Virus record (IMG/VR): IMGVR_UViG_3300045284_000147
Span: 1-63,784 of that record
Reading direction: 5' to 3' (one strand)
From: a virus
Taxonomy: Duplodnaviria; Caudoviricetes
DNA: 63,784 bases
In this document: positions 54,364-62,771 of the stretch, in pieces
Position numbering within the stretch: position 1 is the stretch's first letter
Layout of the letters: the number at the start of each line of letters is the position of its first letter
Translations under genes and position numbers: made by a program
The notes under the pieces: generated by a model
What the model was told of the DNA's origin: nothing
Seen by the model: the letters and a program-made list of their open reading frames with translations, nothing else
Database searches by the model: none

Positions 54364-56530
54364 TGGCCTTCTTCCTCTCTGGTGGCTTCGGTGGGTGCTT
54401 CAGCGTATGCACGGCAGGGATGCCTTCCGGCACGCCGCTGCCCATGCGCGCCTGCGCAACCTCGTCGGGTGCGACACCCTTCTCCAGCCCGGCGAGGATC
54501 GAGTTGTAAATCTGCGCCTCTCCCGCCGCCGTGTTCTTGTCGGCCTGCGTGAGCGCCTTGACCGCATCCGCCAAGGTCTTGCGTATCGTGGCGCGGATCA
54601 TCTCTTCGTTCATCGCCTGCTGCTGTTGCTGCGATTGCGCCTGCGCGTCCTCGCGCCGCTTCGCTTCAGAGTCGTTCACCACCACCTGCGGATTCATGTC
54701 GCGCACGTTGACGCGCTCAAGGAGAAGTTTTCTCCAATCCACGTACAACGCCTCACCCGGCGTGACTGAGCGCGCCAGATCATCCGCCGCCATGCCGCGC
54801 ACTTCCTTCGCAATCAGCGAGGTTGAGCCGCGCGAGACGACCTGAAAGTCGCCTTGTATCGACTGCTTCTGGTTGAAGTGCTTGTTGAACGCGACGAGCG
54901 AACCGATTACCGACTCGGTAAAGATGTCGAAGTTGCGCACCACGTCCTTGAACGGCAGCGCCGCCTTACCCTCGATCATCGATGCGCCCGCCGCCGTGCG
55001 AAACGGCTCGCTAGGTCCCTGCTGCATGTCGCCGCCGGTCGCCGGGTTGACGAACGTCTCGGAGTCGGCGAACTGACGGAACAGCTCGTTCACCTTCAGC
55101 AGCTCATCAATGTGGCTGTCCAGCGCCACCGGCCGCACCGCCGGGACGTTAACCGTCTGCGGTGACTCGTCATCACGGTACCAGACCTTGTATGCGTACA
55201 CACCAGTCAAATCCTGATCGGGACGCAGGAGCTGGGTGTTTACCTCCAGATTCGTCCCGCACACCACACCGGAGTTGTCCAAGATCATGCGCGCAGACGC
55301 CGCTACACCCAACGCAGAGTCGCGCATGATGAACGGGAGACCGTTACCCATCAGCCCGGCCTCGTCCTCCTCGAAAATGAAGTGATGGTAGGAACTTATG
55401 GTCTCTTTCTCGCCGACGATAGTCCACGGGTTGAGTGTCGCGCGGATCACGCAGTCATCAATGCACCAGATGATCGCGTCGAGCATATCGGCGAGCCGCG
55501 CCTCGGGCACCTCGACTCCACAACCCTTGAGGTAGTGCCCTGAAAGGGCACCATCCCACACGATGATCTCGTACTTGCGCACGTCGTTGGTCGGCACGTT
55601 GAGGTGCACGCCGAGAGTCTTGATCTCCGACTCGAACGGCTTCTCCTTGTAGTTCCCGGTCTGATGCTCCTTCAGGTAGAGCTTGATCTTGTCGCGCATG
55701 AACTCGGAGTTGTCCGCGAGCTTGCGCACCTGCTGCCGCGACATCACGATCCGCTGAAACTGTCCGTCCATCTGGTGCAGGTACTTCGCGCTCATGTCGG
55801 GGTAGTAATCCCAAATCGGCACGAACTCGAACTGCGGGATCAGGATCGGTTCGGTGACCGCCTCAACCATGCTGGTTTCTTGGTTGAGCTGCCACCGCCG
55901 TTGCTGCCGCGCTCGCGCCATGGGTCCCTTGAGCACCCCCATGCCGTACATCACACCCGACATCAGCACCCGCTTGCAGAGCGCCATGTAGTCGAGCGTC
56001 TTCGCGCCACCGATCTCGGTAAGTTGATCATCGATTTCGATCTCCAGATTCTTCGCGCGCTCACGCGCGAAATCCAGAACTGCATTGGTAATCGCCGCAT
56101 CGTCAAGACCGGGGGTTGGGTTGTTGGGATCACCCTGCAGTTTCTGCAGCACGGTGTTCAAATCTTCTTCGGAGAGGTTCGGCACGGGCGAGCACTCGAT
56201 CCCCCAGTTCTTCTCCGTGGTGGGGAAGAGCAGATTCATGAGCCGCGCCACCATCGACACGCATTTCACCCTCGTGAGTTTAGGGTAAGCGCGTGAACGA
56301 TCCGCAGGTATCCGCTGCTCCGTCTGCGGGTCGTACTTTCCTTGGTATTGACGCAGGTTCTGTGCCCAGCGCAGCTCAGCGATGCGCCGGTCGTTCTCGT
56401 ACGACTTGAAATCAGTCGAAAGTTTCTGCCCAAGGCTGCGAATCACCGCCTCGTTGAGCACAGGCGGCGGCGCGGCCACTGCTGCGGCCTGCGGATCGGC
56501 AGGGACGGGCGAAATCGGCTCAGTGGCCAT
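54353..56530 (-). CDS. portal protein
   Basis: 725 aa after TerL; YGMGVLKGP, DYYPD, GNGLP, RTAAGASM. Confidence 0.9.
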   Translation of the reverse strand: MATEPISPVPADPQAAAVAAPPPVLNEAVIRSLGQKLSTDFKSYENDRRIAELRWAQNLRQYQGKYDPQTEQRIPADRSRAYPKLTRVKCVSMVARLMNLLFPTTEKNWGIECSPVPNLSEEDLNTVLQKLQGDPNNPTPGLDDAAITNAVLDFARERAKNLEIEIDDQLTEIGGAKTLDYMALCKRVLMSGVMYGMGVLKGPMARARQQRRWQLNQETSMVEAVTEPILIPQFEFVPIWDYYPDMSAKYLHQMDGQFQRIVMSRQQVRKLADNSEFMRDKIKLYLKEHQTGNYKEKPFESEIKTLGVHLNVPTNDVRKYEIIVWDGALSGHYLKGCGVEVPEARLADMLDAIIWCIDDCVIRATLNPWTIVGEKETISSYHHFIFEEDEAGLMGNGLPFIMRDSALGVAASARMILDNSGVVCGTNLEVNTQLLRPDQDLTGVYAYKVWYRDDESPQTVNVPAVRPVALDSHIDELLKVNELFRQFADSETFVNPATGGDMQQGPSEPFRTAAGASMIEGKAALPFKDVVRNFDIFTESVIGSLVAFNKHFNQKQSIQGDFQVVSRGSTSLIAKEVRGMAADDLARSVTPGEALYVDWRKLLLERVNVRDMNPQVVVNDSEAKRREDAQAQSQQQQQAMNEEMIRATIRKTLADAVKALTQADKNTAAGEAQIYNSILAGLEKGVAPDEVAQARMGSGVPEGIPAVHTLKHPPKPPERKKANGA

Positions 56531-56544
56531 GTAAACCCCTTGGG

Positions 56545-57972
56545 TTAACGCATTGCGTAGATGTTCGTGCTGCGTGGCGGCACAAAGCCCTGTTCCTTGC
56601 GCCGTGCTTCACGCGATCCGCCCTTCTGGAAGTACCGGCAGAGGTACGAAAAGCCGTCTCCAGTGTGCGAATGCGAGTTTTTCTCCGGTGTGTCGTGCGT
56701 TTTGCCCTTGCGGTCGATCTCGTAGCGCCAGCCGCCCTGCAAAGCACGGATTGTATGCTTGCAATGCGGCGAAATCTGCAGTGCCGCACCCGTAGAGGTT
56801 AACCTAGTGGTGAAATGCTCGATTGCTTCGAGCCTTCCACTCAATTGGTTGTTCAAATCGGGGAATCTGACCGTGAAACCGCCCTTTTTCTTGTCTCTGA
56901 GGGTGTCTACGATGGTCTTTTCGTCATTGTTGGAGCGTGCATCAGCGGCCGGGTCGGGGGCGATTATCAGCTCGAAATCGGCGTATTTGGCCCGAATCAG
57001 GGGCTTCAGACGGTCGGAGATGATCCTTTCGGCCCCCATGTTGGCCTGAACCAGCTCATCCACGACGGTTAAGCGCCCGTTGAGGTCCATTTGGCCAAAA
57101 ATGAGCGCACTTCCGGCGAGACCGGGGTCAAAGCCTGCGACCAGAGGGAGCAGCGTCGATGCCATCAACGGCATTGACGCGATGTGAAGCTGCGGGTTGA
57201 ATGTCACGACCACCGGAGTGCCGGAAAGCGAGTATCCCCACTCAACCTCGATGAATTGCTTGATCCAGTGCGTCGATTTGCCGATTGCAAGCGACGTGTA
57301 GTACGCGCGCTTGCCCGGCAGGTTGTCCACGTTCTCCGCTTCGGCGCTAAACCCGCTGGGTTGCTCGTAGAGGTGCGCATTCGCGGGCAAACCCTCGTAC
57401 AGATAGTCGTACCACCAGTCGTCCTCGTTGCCGGGGTTCGATGACCCCCACATTCCCCAGTTCGTCGCACCCCCATCGGATGAGGACGGGTAGCGGCCGC
57501 AGCGGGCGGCGAGCGCGTCAACGATTTCCTTCGGGAGCTGCACGAACTCATCGATCAGCACGAAGGTCGTGTCCAGCGAGAGCACGCGCGCCACGTCGTC
57601 GGGGGTATCGAGAGCGCGGAACAGCACCTCGCACTCCACGTCGCCGAACTTGAGCACGAACGTCATCGGCATCGGCGCGGTGGCGTGCCACTCACCCGCG
57701 ATGCCGTCCTTGAACCAGTAATTCCACGAGCTGAGAGTCGTATCCCGAAGCTGTGGTGCGGTGTTGCGCACGATCACCGCTCTTGATCGCCGGACTCCAT
57801 CCACCGGGCTGCGCACCTGCTGCGCGGCCATGTACACCAGCTTGAAGAAGATGCCGGTGGTCTTGCCCGATCCCACCGGACCGATCACCCAGTCGAAGAA
57901 GAGTTCACCCGGCGTGAAGCGCCGGATGAACTTCCTTATCGTGGGCGGCGGTGTGTAGCTGATCGACGCCAC
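56545..57972 (-). CDS. terL: terminase large subunit
   Basis: Walker A GPVGSGKT, IVRNT, Walker B LIDE, SNP, nuclease GFDPG, HSHTGDGFSY; GTG start overlaps the upstream TAG. Confidence 0.95.
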   Translation of the reverse strand: MASISYTPPPTIRKFIRRFTPGELFFDWVIGPVGSGKTTGIFFKLVYMAAQQVRSPVDGVRRSRAVIVRNTAPQLRDTTLSSWNYWFKDGIAGEWHATAPMPMTFVLKFGDVECEVLFRALDTPDDVARVLSLDTTFVLIDEFVQLPKEIVDALAARCGRYPSSSDGGATNWGMWGSSNPGNEDDWWYDYLYEGLPANAHLYEQPSGFSAEAENVDNLPGKRAYYTSLAIGKSTHWIKQFIEVEWGYSLSGTPVVVTFNPQLHIASMPLMASTLLPLVAGFDPGLAGSALIFGQMDLNGRLTVVDELVQANMGAERIISDRLKPLIRAKYADFELIIAPDPAADARSNNDEKTIVDTLRDKKKGGFTVRFPDLNNQLSGRLEAIEHFTTRLTSTGAALQISPHCKHTIRALQGGWRYEIDRKGKTHDTPEKNSHSHTGDGFSYLCRYFQKGGSREARRKEQGFVPPRSTNIYAMR

Positions 57973-58259
57973 TAGAAGCTCGCCGGTTTCGCAATCGAAC
58001 GGGTTAAGGCCATGAACGCCTGCTGCAGTTGCGTCCGCGCTATCGCTACCCACCGGGGGTCGGCCATGGTGGAGTCTTCGAGCGAGGAGACCATGACGCC
58101 CGCCTGTTCGGCAAGCCTCTTGATTTCGTTGATCAGCTCCACCTCGTTCGGCGAGAGCTGCCGGTAGCCGGTGATTTTGGGTTGGAGAAAATGAGTTTCG
58201 GGATTGTACGTGCGTGTTGCGTTCGGATCGTCCAGCGGCAGATCGAGCTGCTCCTTCAT
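57972..58259 (-). CDS. acb2: anti-CBASS cyclic-oligonucleotide sponge, Acb2/Vs.4 family
   Basis: KITGYRQLS..E..LINEIK and PRWVAIARTQLQQAFMALTRSIAKPASF match the Acb2 pattern KIxGYRxLS..NxxK..RWxAIxxTxxQ..MAxxRxIAxPxSF. Confidence 0.88.
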   Translation of the reverse strand: MKEQLDLPLDDPNATRTYNPETHFLQPKITGYRQLSPNEVELINEIKRLAEQAGVMVSSLEDSTMADPRWVAIARTQLQQAFMALTRSIAKPASF

Positions 58260-58679
58260 TTAACCTCCAAGGTTAATGTTGATTTGGAACGCATTGCCCG
58301 CGATACCACCGGTATCGCCCTTCGGCTCGTAGCCCGCCCACCGGATCGTGCTCTTGATCAAATCTGCCTTAACGGCTGACGGCGTGTGGTCGGAATGAAT
58401 CAACAACCAAGATTTTTCAAGGAGTTTTTCCGCCTGCAGCTTGGCCTTCAGCTTGAAGCTCATCCCATCCTTCTGCAACGCTTCCTTCGCTGCCGCGTAC
58501 GCCTGCACGAACAACGGGTTCTCGATGAGCACGAGGAACTCGTCCTTGGTAATTCCGTACGAGGTACAGATTTCAGGCACGGATGCAGTATGCATAGCCA
58601 ATTCAACCGGCAGCATGGGCGGGAAGCCCAGCGTGGCCGGATCGTCGGGGTTTACCGTGGTAGTAGCGAGACTGCTCAC
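58260..58679 (-). CDS. terminase small subunit (putative)
   Basis: HTH-like N-terminus, helical core, C-terminal FQININLG; upstream of TerL. Confidence 0.7.
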   Translation of the reverse strand: MSSLATTTVNPDDPATLGFPPMLPVELAMHTASVPEICTSYGITKDEFLVLIENPLFVQAYAAAKEALQKDGMSFKLKAKLQAEKLLEKSWLLIHSDHTPSAVKADLIKSTIRWAGYEPKGDTGGIAGNAFQININLGG

Positions 58680-58834
58680 AGCCTGCCCATGAGCAGCATA
58701 ACGATCAGCACCACGACGACCAGACCGGCGATGCCGGACGGGCCATAACCCCACGAGGATGAGTAGCCCCATGTGGGCAGCGCGCCGATGAGGATCAGGA
58801 TGAGGACGATCAGCAGTACGGTGCCAAGACTCAT
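58676..58834 (-). CDS. DUF3309-like small membrane protein
   Basis: MSLGTVLLIVLILILIGALPTWGYSSSWGYGPSG..LLMGRL. Confidence 0.8.
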   Translation of the reverse strand: MSLGTVLLIVLILILIGALPTWGYSSSWGYGPSGIAGLVVVVLIVMLLMGRL

Positions 58835-58946
58835 CGCGACCTCGCGTCTCTGTGGTGCTTGCGTGCATAGATGCAGATGTGCTGGTCGGCCCAGCGCGAC
58901 CACCAGCTCCCGCGCCGCTGGCGCACGTTGCGGTTGTTGCGTACGG

Positions 58947-59114
58947 TCATTTGAAGAACACCTCCTGACCACGGAACAGAATCTGCACGAGGATGAGAAG
59001 GGCGATGGCCAGCCACCCGAACTCGGTCGGCCGGATCGAAGACGATCCCTTGTACGCCGCGAAGCACGCGAACGCGAATGCAAACACGAGAACGATGAGC
59101 GCGACAGGTGCCAT
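58947..59114 (-). CDS. two-TM membrane protein (holin candidate)
   Basis: RBS AAGGAGGT; two hydrophobic helices in 55 aa. Confidence 0.6.
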   Translation of the reverse strand: MAPVALIVLVFAFAFACFAAYKGSSSIRPTEFGWLAIALLILVQILFRGQEVFFK

Positions 59115-59128
59115 GTCAACCTCCTTGG

Positions 59129-59839
59129 TTACGGTCCGGTGACGACCGGGACGATGGGTACGACCGGCGGCACTACAACGACGGGTGTGTTGAACACCGG
59201 GGGAACGACTGCTATCGGCCGCACAGAGTTGTCCTGCGTACCGTTCACAGGAGCCTGACCACCAACCTGCACGAAACCATCCCGGTTGGTCACGTTGTTG
59301 CGTGTGTCGGTGGTCGTAGTGGTCGTGATGATGTTGTGGCTGTCGGTTGTTGCCGGGAGCTTGCTGAAGTCGATGGGGACGGCGAACTTGCCGAACGCGT
59401 TGTAGCTCGCCTGCGTCGTCGCGGCTTGGTTGTTCGATTGCGTCTGCCCCAGCTTGTAGCCGAAGTAGCCCATGGTGACAGCGGTGACGGGACCGGCGAA
59501 CACCGCCGCCCACTTCAGTGCCCGGTCTTCCTGAGTTTCAGGTATACGCGGCAGCGCCACCTCGACAGCGCGAGCCACCGCCTCGCTGCTGCGAGACAGG
59601 GCGAGCGCGAGGATCGCCATACTCTTTGTGTTCGGATCGGCGCGCTCCGCGATTGCGGCCATGGCGTTATAGCGCGCCTCTTCTGCACGAGCTTTCGCCA
59701 TCTCGACTTGCTGTTGACTCGTGATGGTGAGCCGGTAACTTTCGAGTTGGATTGCATAATTAGGGTCTAAGGTGGTCTGGCAACCTGCAAGGTTAAGTGC
59801 AACGAGGGCAGCAAGGATGGCGGTAGCGGTGCGTCTCAT
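59129..59839 (-). CDS. lipoprotein
   Basis: Signal peptide with lipobox LAGC; coiled coil, internal hydrophobic segment, Thr/Pro/Val-rich tail. Confidence 0.75.
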   Translation of the reverse strand: MRRTATAILAALVALNLAGCQTTLDPNYAIQLESYRLTITSQQQVEMAKARAEEARYNAMAAIAERADPNTKSMAILALALSRSSEAVARAVEVALPRIPETQEDRALKWAAVFAGPVTAVTMGYFGYKLGQTQSNNQAATTQASYNAFGKFAVPIDFSKLPATTDSHNIITTTTTTDTRNNVTNRDGFVQVGGQAPVNGTQDNSVRPIAVVPPVFNTPVVVVPPVVPIVPVVTGP

Positions 59840-59849
59840 GGTTGTCCTG

Positions 59850-60002
59850 TCAATGACTGTATCCGAAGAAGTAGGCGATCAGCGACGTGGCGATCACGGC
59901 GACGAAACCCTTCATGATGATCGACATCAACCGCACTTTCGCTTCGAGGAGCGTGATGCGGGTGAGCATCGGTAGTTCGTTGGGCTTGGGTTCATCAGTC
60001 AT
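59850..60002 (-). CDS. single-TM protein (XhlA/holin-like)
   Basis: RITLLEAKV coiled coil then a C-terminal TM. Confidence 0.55.
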   Translation of the reverse strand: MTDEPKPNELPMLTRITLLEAKVRLMSIIMKGFVAVIATSLIAYFFGYSH

Positions 60003-60222
60003 TGGCGTAGGGATCGCGCCCCTCATTGAGCTTGTGCATTCGTGCCACGTACACGCGGCGCATGATACGTACTTTCTCGGGATGCGCGGACGACCACTCC
60101 CGTTGCCTCGCTGCGGCGCACTCCTTGCAGTAGTAGTGCAGCCCGTCGAGGGATTGCCGGTTCCTCCCGAATTCGGCAACGGGTTTCGCCTTCTTGCAGG
60201 TCGGACATTTCTTGGTTCTCAC
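59995..60222 (-). CDS. stand-alone Zn-finger protein
   Basis: KKCPTCKKAKP..EF..DGLHYYCKEC; no nuclease domain follows. Confidence 0.7.
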   Translation of the reverse strand: MRTKKCPTCKKAKPVAEFGRNRQSLDGLHYYCKECAAARQREWSSAHPEKVRIMRRVYVARMHKLNEGRDPYAND

Positions 60223-60228
60223 GCGCGG

Positions 60229-60257
60229 AGGGTACGCGCAGCAAGTTCTATTAGCAA
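60229..60257 (-). promoter_or_regulatory. leftward (late-arm) promoter candidate
   Basis: TTGCTA-N17-TACCCT; GTG start 7 nt downstream of the -10 box. Confidence 0.5.
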
Positions 60258-60283
60258 CCCCCCACCTATTTCAGGATAGATAA

Positions 60284-60300
60284 TCAACCTAGGAGGTTGA
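60284..60300. promoter_or_regulatory. inverted repeat TCAACCT-N3-AGGTTGA (operator candidate)
   Basis: Near-identical to 62666-62682. Confidence 0.5.
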
Positions 60301-60401
60301 ATTGGAAAAGTTGGGAATTCTATGCGTGGGATGGAGGTACGAGTCCACCCGCGCCCGCGCTTTCCCCCCTGCGGGTCGGTTTGCGAAAAAGAATTCTTTG
60401 T

Positions 60402-60421
60402 CGTGTGTGCATGCACACACG
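60402..60421. promoter_or_regulatory. GTGTGTGCATGCACACAC palindrome (copy 2)
   Basis: Exact core at 60403-60420, about 20 bp upstream of TTGACA. Confidence 0.75.
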
Positions 60422-60441
60422 CGTCAACTATCCCGGAATAG

Positions 60442-60469
60442 TTGACACGCTGCCGAATATCAGGACAAT
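60442..60469 (+). promoter_or_regulatory. early promoter candidate
   Basis: TTGACA-N16-GACAAT; the -35 box lies in inverted repeat GTCAACTAT/ATAGTTGAC (60423-60446). Confidence 0.5.
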
Positions 60470-60534
60470 GGGAACTGTCGAAGCGAGTCTGATCCCGTTC
60501 GGGTTACCGGTCGCGGCGATAGGAGAATCGCACC

Positions 60535-61170
60535 ATGGCTAAATCAGCCAGCAAGGCGAAGAAAACGGCCGTAGCATCGGCCGTGCAAGCGGCGCATTCC
60601 GCGCTGATCACGATCCTGTGCACATATCAGGATCAAACGGCCGCGAATGTCGCGGCGACCGAATCGCGCAGCAAGCAAGAATGCGCGATCCTGATCACGC
60701 TCTGGACTGCGAGCGTGGATCGTGCGGCCGACTGTATCGCGCTGTTGGGCGACGGTCAGAAATCGACCAAAAAGGTCGATGGCGTCAAGGGGAGCGTGGT
60801 CGATGCGCTCGTGAAACAGTACGCTGACAAGCTCCACGTCAATGTGCGCTCGGAAGTGCACAAGATGCGGACCGTGTTTCACGGTTTGCATCTGCCTGCG
60901 GTCCGCGAAGCTGCGGAAAAGCGCGGGCTGCGCGCAGCGTACGAAGCTGCGAAGCCGAAAGCTGCGGCCGAGGTCGAGGTCGCGGTCGCGGCTAAGCCCG
61001 CAGGTAGCGCGGTGGATCGTGTTGCTGCGATCCTGTTGGAAGAGGGAGGATTCGACGCGGCGCTGACCGCGCTGCGGTCCTACTTCGTACGTGCGGCCGA
61101 TAGCATCGGTCTTGCGAAGCTGAGCGAGGTGGAAGTGCACCTCAGCTCGAAGACGAAGAAGACGGCGTAA
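60535..61170 (+). CDS. Ala/Lys-rich early protein
   Basis: RBS AGGAGA; own promoter and terminator. Confidence 0.8.
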   Translation: MAKSASKAKKTAVASAVQAAHSALITILCTYQDQTAANVAATESRSKQECAILITLWTASVDRAADCIALLGDGQKSTKKVDGVKGSVVDALVKQYADKLHVNVRSEVHKMRTVFHGLHLPAVREAAEKRGLRAAYEAAKPKAAAEVEVAVAAKPAGSAVDRVAAILLEEGGFDAALTALRSYFVRAADSIGLAKLSEVEVHLSSKTKKTA

Positions 61171-61190
61171 GCCGGGCAGGTTGATGTACC

Positions 61191-61223
61191 GGGCGGGACG
61201 CGAAAGCGTCCCGCCCTTTTTTT
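61191..61223 (+). terminator. rho-independent terminator
   Basis: GGGCGGGACGC-GAAA-GCGTCCCGCCC-T7. Confidence 0.93.
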
Positions 61224-61245
61224 GCGCTCATTTTTCGCGCCGTAC

Positions 61246-61406
61246 CTTAGCGGTACTGTAGTAATGCTGGTCGGGTGAGCGCGTCCTTGGTGTGTAAGTA
61301 CGAGTGTGTGCATGCCCACACGGCGCTCCAATCCTCTGGTACGTACGCTACTTAAGCGGTACTGTAGTAATACTGGTCGAGTGCGGGTGTGTGCATGCAC
61401 ACACCC
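61246..61406. repeat. two-unit repeat: CGGTACTGTAGTAATRCTGGTCGRGTG plus palindrome (copies 3 and 4)
   Basis: Units start at 61251 and 61357; palindromes at 61304-61321 (one mismatch) and 61387-61404. Confidence 0.85.
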
Positions 61407-61848
61407 CTATTCTTTTGCAGTTTTGGTACCTGATTCATACTATACCGGAAAAAGCCGGTTTGGCATGCACAAAATAGGACACTGGCATGGCGTATGCATT
61501 GCGAGAGGCAGGTATAACCCCTTATTTTTCTTCTTCTTCTTCTAATACTATACATACTAATAACAAAAGCAGCCTTTAAATGACACACACACGGTCATAG
61601 CGCGCGAGAGATTGCCGAAAAGGGTAAACCGTGCAAGTTAACTCTATCCCCACTAACGACTGGTCCTTATGAGGGTGTGTGATTGGGATCGCCCGTGCTT
61701 TTTTTAAACGATAACATAGTATCAGGAATTGTTCTTGACATACAACGGCAACCACGAACATCATGCCGGGCAGACCCCCACTTATTTAAGGATTTACGCA
61801 TGCGCTGGCTGGACCTCCCCGAATTTTTCGTACTATAGGTAAACAAAA

Positions 61849-62664
61849 ATGGCCTTTTTCGATCCCTACATTTACGGCTACATGCGCTCCTTCGGCACAC
61901 CCCCAAGCCACTACCCGGCCTACCTTGCATCCCTCACCCCGCCGCAAATGCGGCGGTTCCGTCCCCGCGCCATCCCTGCCCAAACCTCCGACCCCAATAC
62001 CCACCCAGCTCAATTGAGCTGGGTCACCCCCGACATCCTCGTGCTCTCCAAAATCTACCTCGAAACCAGCACCCCCATCGAACAGGCCCGAACCCATGCC
62101 CACGCCACCAAGCAACGGCTGCTGGACGCCGCGCCGGGGCGTGCACGGGCCGGTGCGGCCCGTGCCCACCTGCATGCCCTGTCCCAGCTACTTGCTGCGT
62201 TAGTTCGTGAGTGGGATGCACACCAGAGAGTGCAGGCAGTCCGTCTGCCCGCTGTCACCAGCCCGGCCCACGACGCCGAACGCGCCGCCAAGCGCAAGCT
62301 CGCCCGCGAGCGCGAGCAACGCAAGCGTCTGCGTCACGAGCGTGCAATCGTGGAGGTTGAGTGGCTGCAGGCGAGGCTGGACTATGCCGACGCTCGACGC
62401 GAGTGTGCACGTACCCGTGGCCGCTTTCAGGGCATGCTTGGCGATCTCAGGACCACGCGTGCGCGGCTGCACTATCTTTACCCCACCGAAGCCGGGCGCA
62501 GGCACGTTGCCGGGGACATTCTGTTCGATGTCCGGCTGACACGCTCCGAATACCGCAAGGCACTCCTCATACGCAAAGCTGTGTACGCACGCTATAGGGA
62601 ATGCAAGGCCGCGATACGCAAACTGAGAACCAAGCACGCGTCAAAACAACAACCCACATCTTGA
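61849..62664 (+). CDS. Arg-rich hypothetical protein
   Basis: 271-aa ORF, weak RBS AGGT, atypical C-rich 5' part. Confidence 0.5.
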   Translation: MAFFDPYIYGYMRSFGTPPSHYPAYLASLTPPQMRRFRPRAIPAQTSDPNTHPAQLSWVTPDILVLSKIYLETSTPIEQARTHAHATKQRLLDAAPGRARAGAARAHLHALSQLLAALVREWDAHQRVQAVRLPAVTSPAHDAERAAKRKLAREREQRKRLRHERAIVEVEWLQARLDYADARRECARTRGRFQGMLGDLRTTRARLHYLYPTEAGRRHVAGDILFDVRLTRSEYRKALLIRKAVYARYRECKAAIRKLRTKHASKQQPTS

Positions 62665-62690
62665 CTCATCCTGAGAGGATGAGATATAAT
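62661..62690 (+). promoter_or_regulatory. strong sigma70-like promoter with an inverted repeat in the spacer
   Basis: TTGACT-N18-TATAAT; CTCATCCT-GAG-AGGATGAG at 62665-62683. Confidence 0.7.
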
Positions 62691-62753
62691 AGGTGTATGG
62701 TGGATGACATGGCGGCAGCAGGCTACGGCCCGGCCCCATGTCTACCTCCACGG

Positions 62754-62771
62754 GTGTGTGCATGCACACAC
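62754..62771. promoter_or_regulatory. GTGTGTGCATGCACACAC palindrome (copy 5)
   Basis: Exact core, about 65 bp downstream of TATAAT. Confidence 0.75.

Noticed and set aside
57973-58053. Longer TerL N-terminus as given in the ORF track
   Set aside because: It overlaps acb2. The coupled GTG at 57972 is more plausible.
18604-60222. Many long plus-strand ORFs opposite the structural genes (and minus-strand ORFs opposite early genes)
   Set aside because: Shadow ORFs expected from high GC3 codon bias; no RBS or motifs.
61246-61406. Mini CRISPR array
   Set aside because: Only two imperfect units with non-uniform spacing and no cas operon. The Cas4-like gene at 10231 is a common phage replication nuclease.
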